NCBI GenBank assembly: GCA_038046805.1
Contig: JBBSVO010000003.1
Location: 19,878-83,877, forward strand
Length of the DNA: 64,000 bases
Source of the DNA: Candidatus Micrarchaeota archaeon
Lineage (GTDB): Archaea > Micrarchaeota > Micrarchaeia > Anstonellales > Bilamarchaeaceae
Reading direction: 5' to 3'
Position 1 is the stretch's first letter. Every line of letters starts with the position of its first letter. Of this stretch, positions 31,162 to 40,384 are shown in pieces. The position numbers and the translations under genes were made by a program. The notes under the pieces are model-generated. The model was not told the DNA's origin and made no database searches. It worked only from the letters and a program-made list of their open reading frames with translations.

Positions 31162-32810
31162 CTTCAACTGCGTACGATGGTGTAAACAAAGCATTGACGC
31201 CAGAACAAAAAAATGGCGTCAATATTTGCCAACAAGGAGTTGGCAAAGCGTGGAAAAGCGCTTGTAAGATTCTGCTCGGAGATGAAATAGGGGAACTTGA
31301 ACAGTTTGAAGATTACCTTTACCAGTATATCGGGCATATTGATGAAAAAAATTCGGCTATATCCGGCAAACCGGTGGCAGTATCCGGTTCTGATATCTGC
31401 AGCAATGGGAGAATAATAGGAAATGAAGAGATTGGAGAGTACGAACAAATACTTAAGAGCGTCAAACTGGACATAGATTCTATAAAAGACATTGAGTCTA
31501 TTCTTGAAGCAGTTGGAGAAAAACTTTATTATTCCGGGGGAATAACCCTGGGAAATTCAAAATATGTTCAAGAAACAAACAGATGCGTAGATTCTTCATT
31601 CGTATACAGGTCAATGGACGTATACGAAGGATGCAAATATGTAGCGCTTTCAGACCAGGTGCGCAAATGCGAATATGTATTTGGAGTAGGATTAACCGGT
31701 GAAAGCAGCTTCATTATACGTGGGCATGAAGTCTGGAGAGACGCCCGCTGCTTTGAGGGATTCAGGACATATAACTCATCCGACTGTTATTACGTTGCAA
31801 ACCTTGAAGGATGCAATAACTGCATGTTTTCCTTCAACCAGAGAAACAAAAGCAATTTGATCGGGAATTTACAGTTTTCAAAAGATGAGTATACGGGGAT
31901 AAAGGAAAAACTTTTGGAGGATATACGAACAATTCTCAGAGAAAGAAAAACGATACCTGGAATAGTTGATATTGTTGCCAAGACGGATGCTAAACAGGAA
32001 AAAAGCACCGAAGCTTGTATCGTAAAAACAAGGGCAACTTTCGCACCAAAAGATGTTGAAACTGCATTTCAAGAAGTGAGCCGCATTGTGCTTGGCAAGA
32101 GACTGACCAAACTTATTGATTATGAAAACTGGCTTACAAAACATTCTGGAAAGGTAATTGGAGTTAAATCACAAATCAGTGATGGAGTAGTTTATGTGCC
32201 ACCACTGGAAGCCTTTGTAGAAATAAGGAATAGTGCAATTAAAGAGGATGAAGCTCTGGAATACGGAAAAAATACAGTTGGGATTAGAGAGCTGAATGGA
32301 TTAACCCCATTAAACGCAAGAGAGCGATTGGCATGTATCAAACTTACAACCCCGGAGATAACTTTTGGGGAGAACATAGATATAACCGAATGCTCCGGGT
32401 ATGGAGTAAATACTGCGCACGCATTCCGCGGGTCGTTTATCTATGCAGACAAATGCGTTGCGTATTCCTATTTCATAAGAAATTCCGAATACATTTTCGG
32501 CTCTTCCCTGATTTTCCTGAGCAAATACTGCATAAATTGCTATCATTCCCAGAACCTTACCCGTTGCTTTGAAGTGAGCGACTCAACAAACTGCAGTGAC
32601 TGCTATTTTTGCCATAATTGCGAGAGCTTGTCAAACTGTATGTTTTGTTTTAATACGAAATCCAAGCGCTATGCAATAGCAAATGTTGAAATTGGACCAG
32701 AAGCATTTGGCAGAATAAAAAAGCTTGTCCTGGATGACCTGACAAAGAGGATAGAGGCGAACAAAGGATTAGATATTGACATTTACAATATCGGATGCCA
32801 AAAGAAATAG
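31158..32810 (+). CDS. Cys-rich repeat protein, fused N+C modules (paralog 3)
   Basis: Same two modules; ATGA overlap with the previous stop codon. Confidence 0.8.
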   Translation: MTSTAYDGVNKALTPEQKNGVNICQQGVGKAWKSACKILLGDEIGELEQFEDYLYQYIGHIDEKNSAISGKPVAVSGSDICSNGRIIGNEEIGEYEQILKSVKLDIDSIKDIESILEAVGEKLYYSGGITLGNSKYVQETNRCVDSSFVYRSMDVYEGCKYVALSDQVRKCEYVFGVGLTGESSFIIRGHEVWRDARCFEGFRTYNSSDCYYVANLEGCNNCMFSFNQRNKSNLIGNLQFSKDEYTGIKEKLLEDIRTILRERKTIPGIVDIVAKTDAKQEKSTEACIVKTRATFAPKDVETAFQEVSRIVLGKRLTKLIDYENWLTKHSGKVIGVKSQISDGVVYVPPLEAFVEIRNSAIKEDEALEYGKNTVGIRELNGLTPLNARERLACIKLTTPEITFGENIDITECSGYGVNTAHAFRGSFIYADKCVAYSYFIRNSEYIFGSSLIFLSKYCINCYHSQNLTRCFEVSDSTNCSDCYFCHNCESLSNCMFCFNTKSKRYAIANVEIGPEAFGRIKKLVLDDLTKRIEANKGLDIDIYNIGCQKK

Positions 32811-32828
32811 AAACTGGAAGGTAAACCG

Positions 32829-33868
32829 ATGAATAACATACTTGCAAAGAACAACCGAAGAAACCCTAGAATAAAACTGTTTCTTACAGCCGCATTACTC
32901 GTAGCCGCACCGCTTTTTACGTCTTGCTCGAGTACAAAATATGAAAGTGACGCACGCTCGCAAAAACCCAGAATCTCGCTTAATGCACCTGAGACAAGAC
33001 AAGACAAAACGAAGAATATACAGAAAAAGAAGCTGAATTGCTTGCAAAATTACCTTACCTGAAAGAAATGACAGATGTCGAACGATACAGACTATTTGAA
33101 GAACTGAAAGAAGTTGGTGGGGAAAAAACAATCGTTGCACTCACTCCACTTTTGGATGTAATTTGGACGCATGATCCTAATGTTTCCGATGCAGTAAGAA
33201 CATTACAGGTGCTTGGAAAGCGAAATCCGCAATTAATTCTGGACATCGTATACCAAGGAACAGACGACCAAGGTAGCAATGCAGTAAAAGTTTTGAGAGA
33301 TATGGGCATTGATGAATTTGAAAGGATACGAATGCTGATTGGGCTTTATGTTGAAGGTAAAAAAAGAGGAGGAGTTCTCATAGATGCGGAGTACGCGGTA
33401 AAAGATTTGATAAAAGGCAGGGAAAATGACCCGCGCATTATGGCTTTAATCAAAGAAACCTATGAAAAAGCCGATTCTTATGGCAAATATTGTCTTCTGG
33501 GTTTTCTTGAGCTGATACCAGGTATTGATGCCGAACAGTTATTGGCAAGAGAACTGAGCAACGATGATAGAAATATTAGGCAAAGAGCAGCACGTTGGTT
33601 ACAATTTCGAAGAATAGAAGACCTTGCAACAAAAGAGGCGCTCTGGAAAATGGCTGAAACAGAAATTGACCAAGATGTGGTGGCACAGCTACTTGGAACC
33701 ATGCTAGAACAGGGTTTAATTTCGCGGAAGGATTGTAGTTATGAAGGCAGAAAAAGCACAACTAATGATGGACGCGGAGAAAAAAGAAAGATAAGACTAT
33801 TTAGATCAGAAGAGTTGGGCTGTACTTTATCCAGAGGATCGCCAGTTGGAAAGGAACAACGCAATTAA
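32829..33868 (+). pseudogene. Frameshifted lipoprotein with HEAT repeats (ORFs 32829-33062 and 33038-33868)
   Basis: Signal peptide with lipobox-like FTSC; HEAT-like helices (LLARELSNDDRNIRQRAA); frames join if one GACAA unit is removed. Confidence 0.55.
32993..33007 (+). repeat. (GACAA)3 simple sequence repeat at the frameshift point
   Basis: gacaa gacaa gacaa read directly from the sequence. Confidence 0.85.
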
Positions 33869-33930
33869 TAGGGAAAACCCTAAACCAACCAAACTTATAG
33901 ATTTTTATAATTTTCGTTAATTGAACAAAT

Positions 33931-34506
33931 ATGACATCTAATTTTTCATGGCAATCCTTCAAAGCCCAAAAGATTGCAGAACTCAGCGAGCATATTGAAG
34001 CAAAACGTGCGGATCCGCTTTGCCTGCCAGTCATAGACGCAATAAACAAAAACCCCTCTCTTGTTACAACCTCGTCCTGCTCAGGCAGATTCGTTCTTCT
34101 TGAATTTAACATTGAAACCAGCAAAAAAGAGGCGAAATTTTACAAAAGATGGCACAGGACCGTAACCGCTGAGGAAGTCGAACTCGCGCTCAGCGAATAT
34201 CCCGAAACCAAAAACTTACCGCTCTGGTTCAAGGTTGAACCATTTATTTTTCATGTTGCCGCAAAGGACCTGAACACGGCAAAAAAATTCCTTGAAACCG
34301 TGCGAAAAATAGGAATTAAACGGGGCGGGATACAAACCGTGTCTGCAAATAAAATAATGATAGAAATTCAAGGAACGGGTTACATGGCAATTCCAACCTG
34401 GGCAATCAATGGCGAATGGACTAAGGTAATAGATATTGGAAACGAAATACTGGAGAGAAATTTCAAAATGCTTAAAAAGATGGAGAAAGTATTCGAGAGT
34501 TGGTGA
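33931..34506 (+). CDS. tyw3: tRNA wyosine-derivative methyltransferase Tyw3/Taw3
   Basis: IDAIN..VTTSSCSGR and PFIFHV motifs. Confidence 0.88.
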   Translation: MTSNFSWQSFKAQKIAELSEHIEAKRADPLCLPVIDAINKNPSLVTTSSCSGRFVLLEFNIETSKKEAKFYKRWHRTVTAEEVELALSEYPETKNLPLWFKVEPFIFHVAAKDLNTAKKFLETVRKIGIKRGGIQTVSANKIMIEIQGTGYMAIPTWAINGEWTKVIDIGNEILERNFKMLKKMEKVFESW

Positions 34507-34511
34507 TAACT

Positions 34512-34661
34512 ATGCCGAATTGCGCAAAATGTGGAAATGACAGGGCAGACAAATTCATGCAATGCAATAATTGCAAGGCAGTGCTATGTGATAGATGTGG
34601 TTTTGAAGGGAACAACTGCCCTATGTGTCCTTACGGAAAATTAGCAGGGTATAACCGATAG
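34512..34661 (+). CDS. 49-aa C8 double-zinc-finger (RING-like) protein, missed by ORF track
   Basis: MPNCAKCGNDRADKFMQCNNCKAVLCDRCGFEGNNCPMCPYGKLAGYNR; GGTGAT SD upstream. Confidence 0.8.
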   Translation: MPNCAKCGNDRADKFMQCNNCKAVLCDRCGFEGNNCPMCPYGKLAGYNR

Positions 34662-34675
34662 ATACAGGTGAGAAA

Positions 34676-34843
34676 ATGAATCTACGATGCACTAAATGCA
34701 GTTATGAAAGAAGCAGCGATTCCGAGACATTCTACAGATGTGACTACAACCGATGCGGCGCCATGATATGCAGGGGCTGCGGCATGTCTGACGGCAATAG
34801 ATGTCCATTGTGCAACACCGGAAGCGTGCGCGAAATACGGTAG
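34676..34843 (+). CDS. 55-aa C8 double-zinc-finger (RING-like) paralog, missed by ORF track
   Basis: MNLRCTKCSYERSSDSETFYRCDYNRCGAMICRGCGMSDGNRCPLCNTGSVREIR; AGGTGA SD upstream. Confidence 0.8.
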   Translation: MNLRCTKCSYERSSDSETFYRCDYNRCGAMICRGCGMSDGNRCPLCNTGSVREIR

Positions 34844-34972
34844 AATAGTTCCTGAAAACCAGTGTCTACCCATACCCATGCTTTTTTTAGTGTATAAATA
34901 CATAAACCACCATCTTTAAAAACAGTTTTGTACTATATATTATTGGACGAGCAGTGGAAAGAAGGCTATAGT

Positions 34973-35710
34973 ATGATAGACGAACAACAGTTCCGAAACG
35001 CGCTTAATGCGCTTGCTGAAGGCGGCATGACTAGCATACTTGCAGACGCATTCATCAAAGCCGAAGACGATGGAGATAAGGCAATTATAGAAACGTATCT
35101 GATAAAAGGCATAAAAACTTGTGAAAAGGCAAGGTTCCGTTTGGATATTACGAGTTTACTTAACAGAGAAGGACTAAGCAATGAGATACTTATAGAAACC
35201 TTACGGGCCTGTGGAAATATTGGAGAGATTAAGGCTATTGCTGAATTCAATGAAAAAGGAGAAGAATTAAGTTATCCTGTAAGACAACAAATAGAAGAAT
35301 CTTTTAAAACTGCCTTGCGGGTTTGCGAGCAGAGGATTTTGGGCGGAGCGATTGCGGATATTATTAATGCGAGGGAACTCCGGAGTAAATATAGCAAAAT
35401 TTCAGACGATTTAATGACAATGGCAAGAAAAACTGTAGATAATATCACGATAAAACTTGGAAGGCTAAATTATATTGAACTGGCGAGACATAGGGCAATA
35501 AAAGAAATGGATGCAATAGGTGCCACCGAAGCAAGGGAAATGGCCCGAACTGCAGAAAAAGCAGTTTTTGCTTACTTGGAACAAAGAACCGCAGCTCATT
35601 TGACTGGAGACGACGTTGCCCTAGATAGAGCGGGGGTAATGCGACAGAACGATTTACCTACTAGAAAAATAGGGTTGATGAGAAGGCTGGGAAGAAGGCT
35701 GTTTTGTTAA
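34973..35710 (+). CDS. Hypothetical all-helical protein
   Basis: Long ORF with protein-like composition; no recognised motif. Confidence 0.6.
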   Translation: MIDEQQFRNALNALAEGGMTSILADAFIKAEDDGDKAIIETYLIKGIKTCEKARFRLDITSLLNREGLSNEILIETLRACGNIGEIKAIAEFNEKGEELSYPVRQQIEESFKTALRVCEQRILGGAIADIINARELRSKYSKISDDLMTMARKTVDNITIKLGRLNYIELARHRAIKEMDAIGATEAREMARTAEKAVFAYLEQRTAAHLTGDDVALDRAGVMRQNDLPTRKIGLMRRLGRRLFC

Positions 35711-35729
35711 GCTATCGCATAATGTCCAA

Positions 35730-36176
35730 TCAGCGCGATGCAAGTTCCATCAAAGCCTGCACATAGTTCCTCTTCTGTTTTTCCGTTGGCTTATCTGAGA
35801 GATTGGTGATCATGTCACATAGTTTAACTGGCAGAACCAGATGATTTCTCTTTATTCTCTTGATGTAAGACAAATAATTTGCTCCTTCTTCGCGCGTAAG
35901 TAGCAAGACGAGCTTGAGCATGCGATTCCCGAAAGTTTTTGCAATCCGTTGTTTAATTTCGTTTTTATCTCCATTATAATTTTCTATTACATCATGCAAA
36001 TAAGCAAGCACGATTTGCTGTTCGTTGCCGCCTGACTCTGCAACAAGCCTGGCAACGCGTTTTGGATGAATAAAATAAGGTGTTTTTCCGTCGCGTCTGA
36101 ACTGGTTGGCATGAACCTCACTGGAGAGTTTTATTGCCTTGCGAATTATAGACAAAGAACTAATGGTCATATACAT
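35730..36176 (-). CDS. HD-domain hydrolase, SpoT/Mesh1-like
   Basis: H.NQFRRDGKTPYFIHP, LHDVIE and VKLCDMITNL motifs. Confidence 0.8.
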   Translation of the reverse strand: MYMTISSLSIIRKAIKLSSEVHANQFRRDGKTPYFIHPKRVARLVAESGGNEQQIVLAYLHDVIENYNGDKNEIKQRIAKTFGNRMLKLVLLLTREEGANYLSYIKRIKRNHLVLPVKLCDMITNLSDKPTEKQKRNYVQALMELASR

Positions 36177-36185
36177 CCTCAGATA

Positions 36186-37280
36186 TTATCTCGTAATCGC
36201 CGCTTCCCCAATCTGTTTCAAATACTCTTCGTGCTTTGCAAAATAATCCCGCGATGGCTTCAGCATGTTCACAAGCTCGCGTGCAACCGCAGCCTTAAGA
36301 TCCATTGGATGAAGCTTTCCTTCCCCATATGTTTTCCGCAATTCCGCATCATCAACGAATTCGATATCTCCACCGAACTTCGCGGGCCTTTCGACTTTTA
36401 GCGGTTTATCACGCAAAATAAGATGCTCAGCAATCTCAAAGATCGGATTTCCCTCGCACACTTTTTCAGGGCAGAACGCCTTCTTTATCTTGTTTTGTAT
36501 CTCAGCTTCGCTGTCGTGAATAAATATTGCTGAATTTGGCTTGCTTTTACTCATTTTGACTTCAACTTCTTGCTCTATTTTAACATCAGAAACATCCCCA
36601 GTCTTCATACCTTCTGGGTTCATTCTTGAACTACCGATTAAACCTGGTAGAAGATGCGTATGTAAAGCAACGAATTTCTTTTTGAATTTTGGTGCAAGTT
36701 CTCTGGCAAGCATATGAACTTTTCTCTGATCCATTCCAGCATGCGCAATTTGAACATCAAGCAAGAAAATATCTGCTGCCTGAAGTGCAGGATAGAGCGC
36801 AACTCCTGCAGAAACTGCATCGGTTTCTTTACGACCCATAATGGTTATGCACCTGAGCATTCTTTTCAAGGTGGTATCGCGCATTATTTTTACTACATCT
36901 TTCCAGTAATCAGCATCATACAAATCAGTAGCAAGAGGATATTCGACCTGATCTTCAGTTAACCCTAAAGAAATGAACGCGTGTTTGAAGTATCCGGTGG
37001 CAACTCTCCTTATTTTTTCTAAGTCACCGCCAAGCTTATCATTAACCCATGAATGGTAATCCGCAAGCCAGATAGTAGGCTTACAACCTGCCTTGAGCAA
37101 ATCCTTTATTTTCAAACCAACGCATAAACCAGAGCCAAGATGGACCATTCCCGAGATTTCAAATCCTATATAGTGCTTTGGATGGGAATATGTCTCGAAT
37201 ATTTCTCGCAGATCCGCTTCTGTAACTAATTCTTCTGTAGGCTTCCGCTTTACAAGTTCTATTTTGGTTTCTAGGTCCAT
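36186..37280 (-). CDS. tyrS: Tyrosyl-tRNA synthetase (archaeal)
   Basis: YIGFEISGMVHLG, YPALQAAD, GMDQRKVH and KMSKS motifs. Confidence 0.96.
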   Translation of the reverse strand: MDLETKIELVKRKPTEELVTEADLREIFETYSHPKHYIGFEISGMVHLGSGLCVGLKIKDLLKAGCKPTIWLADYHSWVNDKLGGDLEKIRRVATGYFKHAFISLGLTEDQVEYPLATDLYDADYWKDVVKIMRDTTLKRMLRCITIMGRKETDAVSAGVALYPALQAADIFLLDVQIAHAGMDQRKVHMLARELAPKFKKKFVALHTHLLPGLIGSSRMNPEGMKTGDVSDVKIEQEVEVKMSKSKPNSAIFIHDSEAEIQNKIKKAFCPEKVCEGNPIFEIAEHLILRDKPLKVERPAKFGGDIEFVDDAELRKTYGEGKLHPMDLKAAVARELVNMLKPSRDYFAKHEEYLKQIGEAAITR

Positions 37281-37313
37281 TTTTTCACCGAAAATGACAG
37301 ACGTTCGTTTGGA

Positions 37314-37865
37314 TTATCCATCCTCAAAACTTTCAAAATATGTATCGCTAAATATATAAGCAAGCTGGTCTCCGATGAAGATATTATCCGCAGCAGAACC
37401 ACTTAGCATGGAACTTCCCTTAGGCTCGATAATATAGCTTTCCTTGTTCCATTTGAATCCAACAAAAACATTCCCTTTTTTTGTTACGTAAACCTTGCAA
37501 TCATCTGAGCCAAGAGACCGAAGTAACGCAGCACAGAGAATAGCCTTGTCCATTGGACCTGCAGCTTTCAGCTGATCTATTTCCTCAAAGCCCATCCAGA
37601 ATGGAAGAAGAAATTCGAAATTATGGATTTCACGCAGATATCCCAGAACTGCCTGGATGGCCTGCAAAAAATGCTTTTCATATGAATAATGATTTATTCC
37701 GCCTGTAAGACGCGTTTTAAGTGCAGAAATAAAATCATTATATGGAGAAACCCTCTGACGAATTTCCGAGATAGATTTGTTCTCCTTTTCTGAGATTAGA
37801 CCCTTATATCTATTGACAATAAGCATGTATAGCCTTAGCTTTGTTTCACTGTCTGCGTCCGGCAT
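37314..37865 (-). CDS. Hypothetical protein, possibly an inactive transglutaminase-like fold
   Basis: W...EE..GPMDKAILCAALLRSLG resembles GDCED.A.L..SLLR but lacks the catalytic Cys. Confidence 0.45.
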   Translation of the reverse strand: MPDADSETKLRLYMLIVNRYKGLISEKENKSISEIRQRVSPYNDFISALKTRLTGGINHYSYEKHFLQAIQAVLGYLREIHNFEFLLPFWMGFEEIDQLKAAGPMDKAILCAALLRSLGSDDCKVYVTKKGNVFVGFKWNKESYIIEPKGSSMLSGSAADNIFIGDQLAYIFSDTYFESFEDG

Positions 37866-37904
37866 AGAACAACACAAATATATTATATGGAAAGAGATAA
37901 AATT

Positions 37905-38642
37905 ATGACGGATGAGAATAATATCATGGTTTCGCGCGATACGCCGCTTATAGTCGAACTCGAGCAGGTTCATGAATGCACCTCGATTGCAGTCACCGAC
38001 AAAATCAAAGACGTGAAAATAAAATGGCTAGCAACTGTTGGGGAAGACGAAAAAACAATAATAAATATGTTTGAGGTGGATACTGCCCAGCTAAAGAGAA
38101 TTGTTGAACTTTGGAAGAGCTTCAAAGAAGTTCCAGAAGTAAAACTCGTAATGGTCGGACCTCAGAAATCGCAGATTCTGGTTAGGCAGAACAAGAATAT
38201 CGCTACTGCACCTGCATTGGCAAAGACCGGCACCATGTGGATTGAGCCGACATGGACTGAAAGCGGAGTGGACCACGTCTCAATGCTCGCTCCGGGCTAC
38301 AAGAACTTAAAGGACTTTATAAATCTGGTTAAAGACAGGGGGTATGATCTAAAAATAAAATCCAAAAGATATATCACACCAAAAGAAATGGTTTCGCTTA
38401 ATGCATTCAGAACAAGCGGATTCTCAAAGCTAAAAGTTGCAAGCGAACTCCTGACTGACAAACAATTAGAGGTATTTGATCTTGCATGCAGACATGGGTA
38501 TTATGAAGAGCCGAAAAAGACGAGTATTGCGGAATTAGCCCAGAAACTCGGAATAAGCGAGAGCAACTGCGCTGAGTTGCTTCGGAAAGCGGAAAGGAAA
38601 CTAATGCCGATCCTAAACGAAATTTTAAGGATTATGAGATAA
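37905..38642 (+). CDS. HTH-10 (bacterio-opsin-activator-type) transcriptional regulator
   Basis: C-terminal LTDKQLEVFDLACRHGYYEEPKKTSIAELAQKLGIS..LLRKAE. Confidence 0.88.
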   Translation: MTDENNIMVSRDTPLIVELEQVHECTSIAVTDKIKDVKIKWLATVGEDEKTIINMFEVDTAQLKRIVELWKSFKEVPEVKLVMVGPQKSQILVRQNKNIATAPALAKTGTMWIEPTWTESGVDHVSMLAPGYKNLKDFINLVKDRGYDLKIKSKRYITPKEMVSLNAFRTSGFSKLKVASELLTDKQLEVFDLACRHGYYEEPKKTSIAELAQKLGISESNCAELLRKAERKLMPILNEILRIMR

Positions 38643-38673
38643 ACAGGTAGTAATATATTGATGAAAGTGCGAG

Positions 38674-38699
38674 TTAAAACCGCTGTACAGCGGTATTAA
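38674..38699. promoter_or_regulatory. Palindromic operator candidate ttaaa-ACCGCTGTACAGCGGT-attaa
   Basis: Perfect 16-bp palindrome at 38679-38694, extendable with one mismatch; adjacent to TATA-like ttatatta. Confidence 0.6.
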
Positions 38700-38730
38700 G
38701 ATTATATTAACTAGTTGCGCAGGCAATAAC

Positions 38731-39498
38731 ATGAATCAAGAGCTAGAAAAGGCATGGAAAAACACCTGCAACGTGTTACTTGGACGCGAGGTCGGAAACT
38801 TACTCGAATTCCAGGACTACTTAAAAAGCTATACTGACCCGATCGAGGAAAGGAAATCCGCATTGAGCGGAAACGCGGTTACACTCTCATCGAACCGCAT
38901 CCCAAAAAATGCGCGGGTAATCGGACTTGAGGAAGTGCCGGCTTATCTGGACAAGACCGCGGGTATTCCACTGGACATAAACGCGATAAAGGATATTGAT
39001 TCTATTCTTGAGGCAGTGCGGGAAAAAACATACTACACGGGAAATGTTGTGCTCGGAAACTCAAACAGTGCAGTAAACTGCCATAGATGCTCCAACACGA
39101 ATTTTGCTCTTGAATGCCAAGATGTTTATGATGGCAAATATGTAGCATTTACTACATCAATACGCAGTCCCGAATACACATTTGGCTGCTGTTTTGGCGG
39201 TGACGTACAGTTCTGCATAAAGATACTTGATCCTTACAAAACAACAAGATGCATGGAATTGTTCCACTGCAATGTAACAACTGACTGCTATTATTCTGCA
39301 AGCCTGGAGGATTCCAGCAACTGCATGTTTTCATTCAACCAGAAAAATAAGCATTATTTGATTGGGAATATTCCGCTTGCGCGGGACAGGTATGTTGAAC
39401 TAAAGGCAAAACTCGTTGGGGAAATCGCAGACGAACTGAAACAGAAGAAAAAGCTGCCATCAATCATAGACATTGTCACTGCCAAGGAGGGGAGCTAA
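38731..39498 (+). CDS. Cys-rich repeat protein, N-module only (paralog 4a)
   Basis: AWKNTCNVLLGREVG, KDIDSI and YYTGN motifs. Confidence 0.8.
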   Translation: MNQELEKAWKNTCNVLLGREVGNLLEFQDYLKSYTDPIEERKSALSGNAVTLSSNRIPKNARVIGLEEVPAYLDKTAGIPLDINAIKDIDSILEAVREKTYYTGNVVLGNSNSAVNCHRCSNTNFALECQDVYDGKYVAFTTSIRSPEYTFGCCFGGDVQFCIKILDPYKTTRCMELFHCNVTTDCYYSASLEDSSNCMFSFNQKNKHYLIGNIPLARDRYVELKAKLVGEIADELKQKKKLPSIIDIVTAKEGS

Positions 39499-40382
39499 TG
39501 GACGAATTTGAAATCCAGAGATTCCACTGGTCTGCGACCAGTGGTCACCCAAGTAATACCCATCCGGTGGAATCTCTGCCTGTCAAAAACATTCAAGCCA
39601 CCGGTCTCCGACCGGTGGTTTTTGACAAAACATTTCAGATGATGACTGCTCTTATACTTGGCAGGAAGTTAAGCGGATTTATAGATTACGAAGAATGGCT
39701 TTTGAAGCACGTTTCGGGTATGATAAAAGTAAAGTCTGTGATAAGCGATAAAGAGGTTTACCTGCCAGAAAATGAGTTTTATAAAGAGGTTAAAGAAAGA
39801 GTTGTTACGATTGAGGAGGCATACGAAGAGCTGGGAAAAAAACAGATTACCGAGAACGAGCTCGAGAAGCTGTCGCTTTCCAATGCCGCATCCACCCTGC
39901 GCAATATATCCGTAACTACCTCGGACACACAATACGGAACAAACTCAAATCTAATCGAGTGCCCGATGTATTATAATTCGCATTATGGCTTCAGGGCCCC
40001 GGCATTGAACCAGTCAAAACATGTCATATACTCGTTTTGGCCAAGACAATCGGAGTATATGATCGGATGCCATTATGTATTCTCCTCAAAATTCTGCATC
40101 AAATGCTATAATTGCGAGAATATCACCCGCTGCTTTGAAGTAAGCGACTCAAACAACTGCTCAGACTGCTATTTTTGCCATAATTGCGATAATGTTTCAA
40201 ATTCCATGTTCTGCTTCAATGTGAAAAGCAAAAGATATGCGATTGCAAATGTCGAGGTGGGGCGCAAGCAGTACATGAAGATAAGGGAAATTGTGCTGAA
40301 CGAGATTGTCGGCAAACTTGAAAGAGATAAAATGCTTGAAATTGATATTTACAATCTGCAGCTGGAGCCACGGAGTAAGTGA
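39498..40382 (+). CDS. Cys-rich repeat protein, C-module only (paralog 4b)
   Basis: YEEWL, CFEVSDSNNCSDCYFCHNC and SKRYAIAN motifs; TAATG overlap with 4a. Confidence 0.8.
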   Translation: MDEFEIQRFHWSATSGHPSNTHPVESLPVKNIQATGLRPVVFDKTFQMMTALILGRKLSGFIDYEEWLLKHVSGMIKVKSVISDKEVYLPENEFYKEVKERVVTIEEAYEELGKKQITENELEKLSLSNAASTLRNISVTTSDTQYGTNSNLIECPMYYNSHYGFRAPALNQSKHVIYSFWPRQSEYMIGCHYVFSSKFCIKCYNCENITRCFEVSDSNNCSDCYFCHNCDNVSNSMFCFNVKSKRYAIANVEVGRKQYMKIREIVLNEIVGKLERDKMLEIDIYNLQLEPRSK

Positions 40383-40384
40383 AA

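Noticed and set aside
34682-34903. 73-aa minus-strand ORF
   Set aside because: Shadow of the plus-strand C8 zinc-finger ORF, which has an SD site and a paralog
38790-38803. gtcggaaac as a fifth copy of the stem-loop motif
   Set aside because: It lies inside a coding region and lacks the complementary arm and flanks
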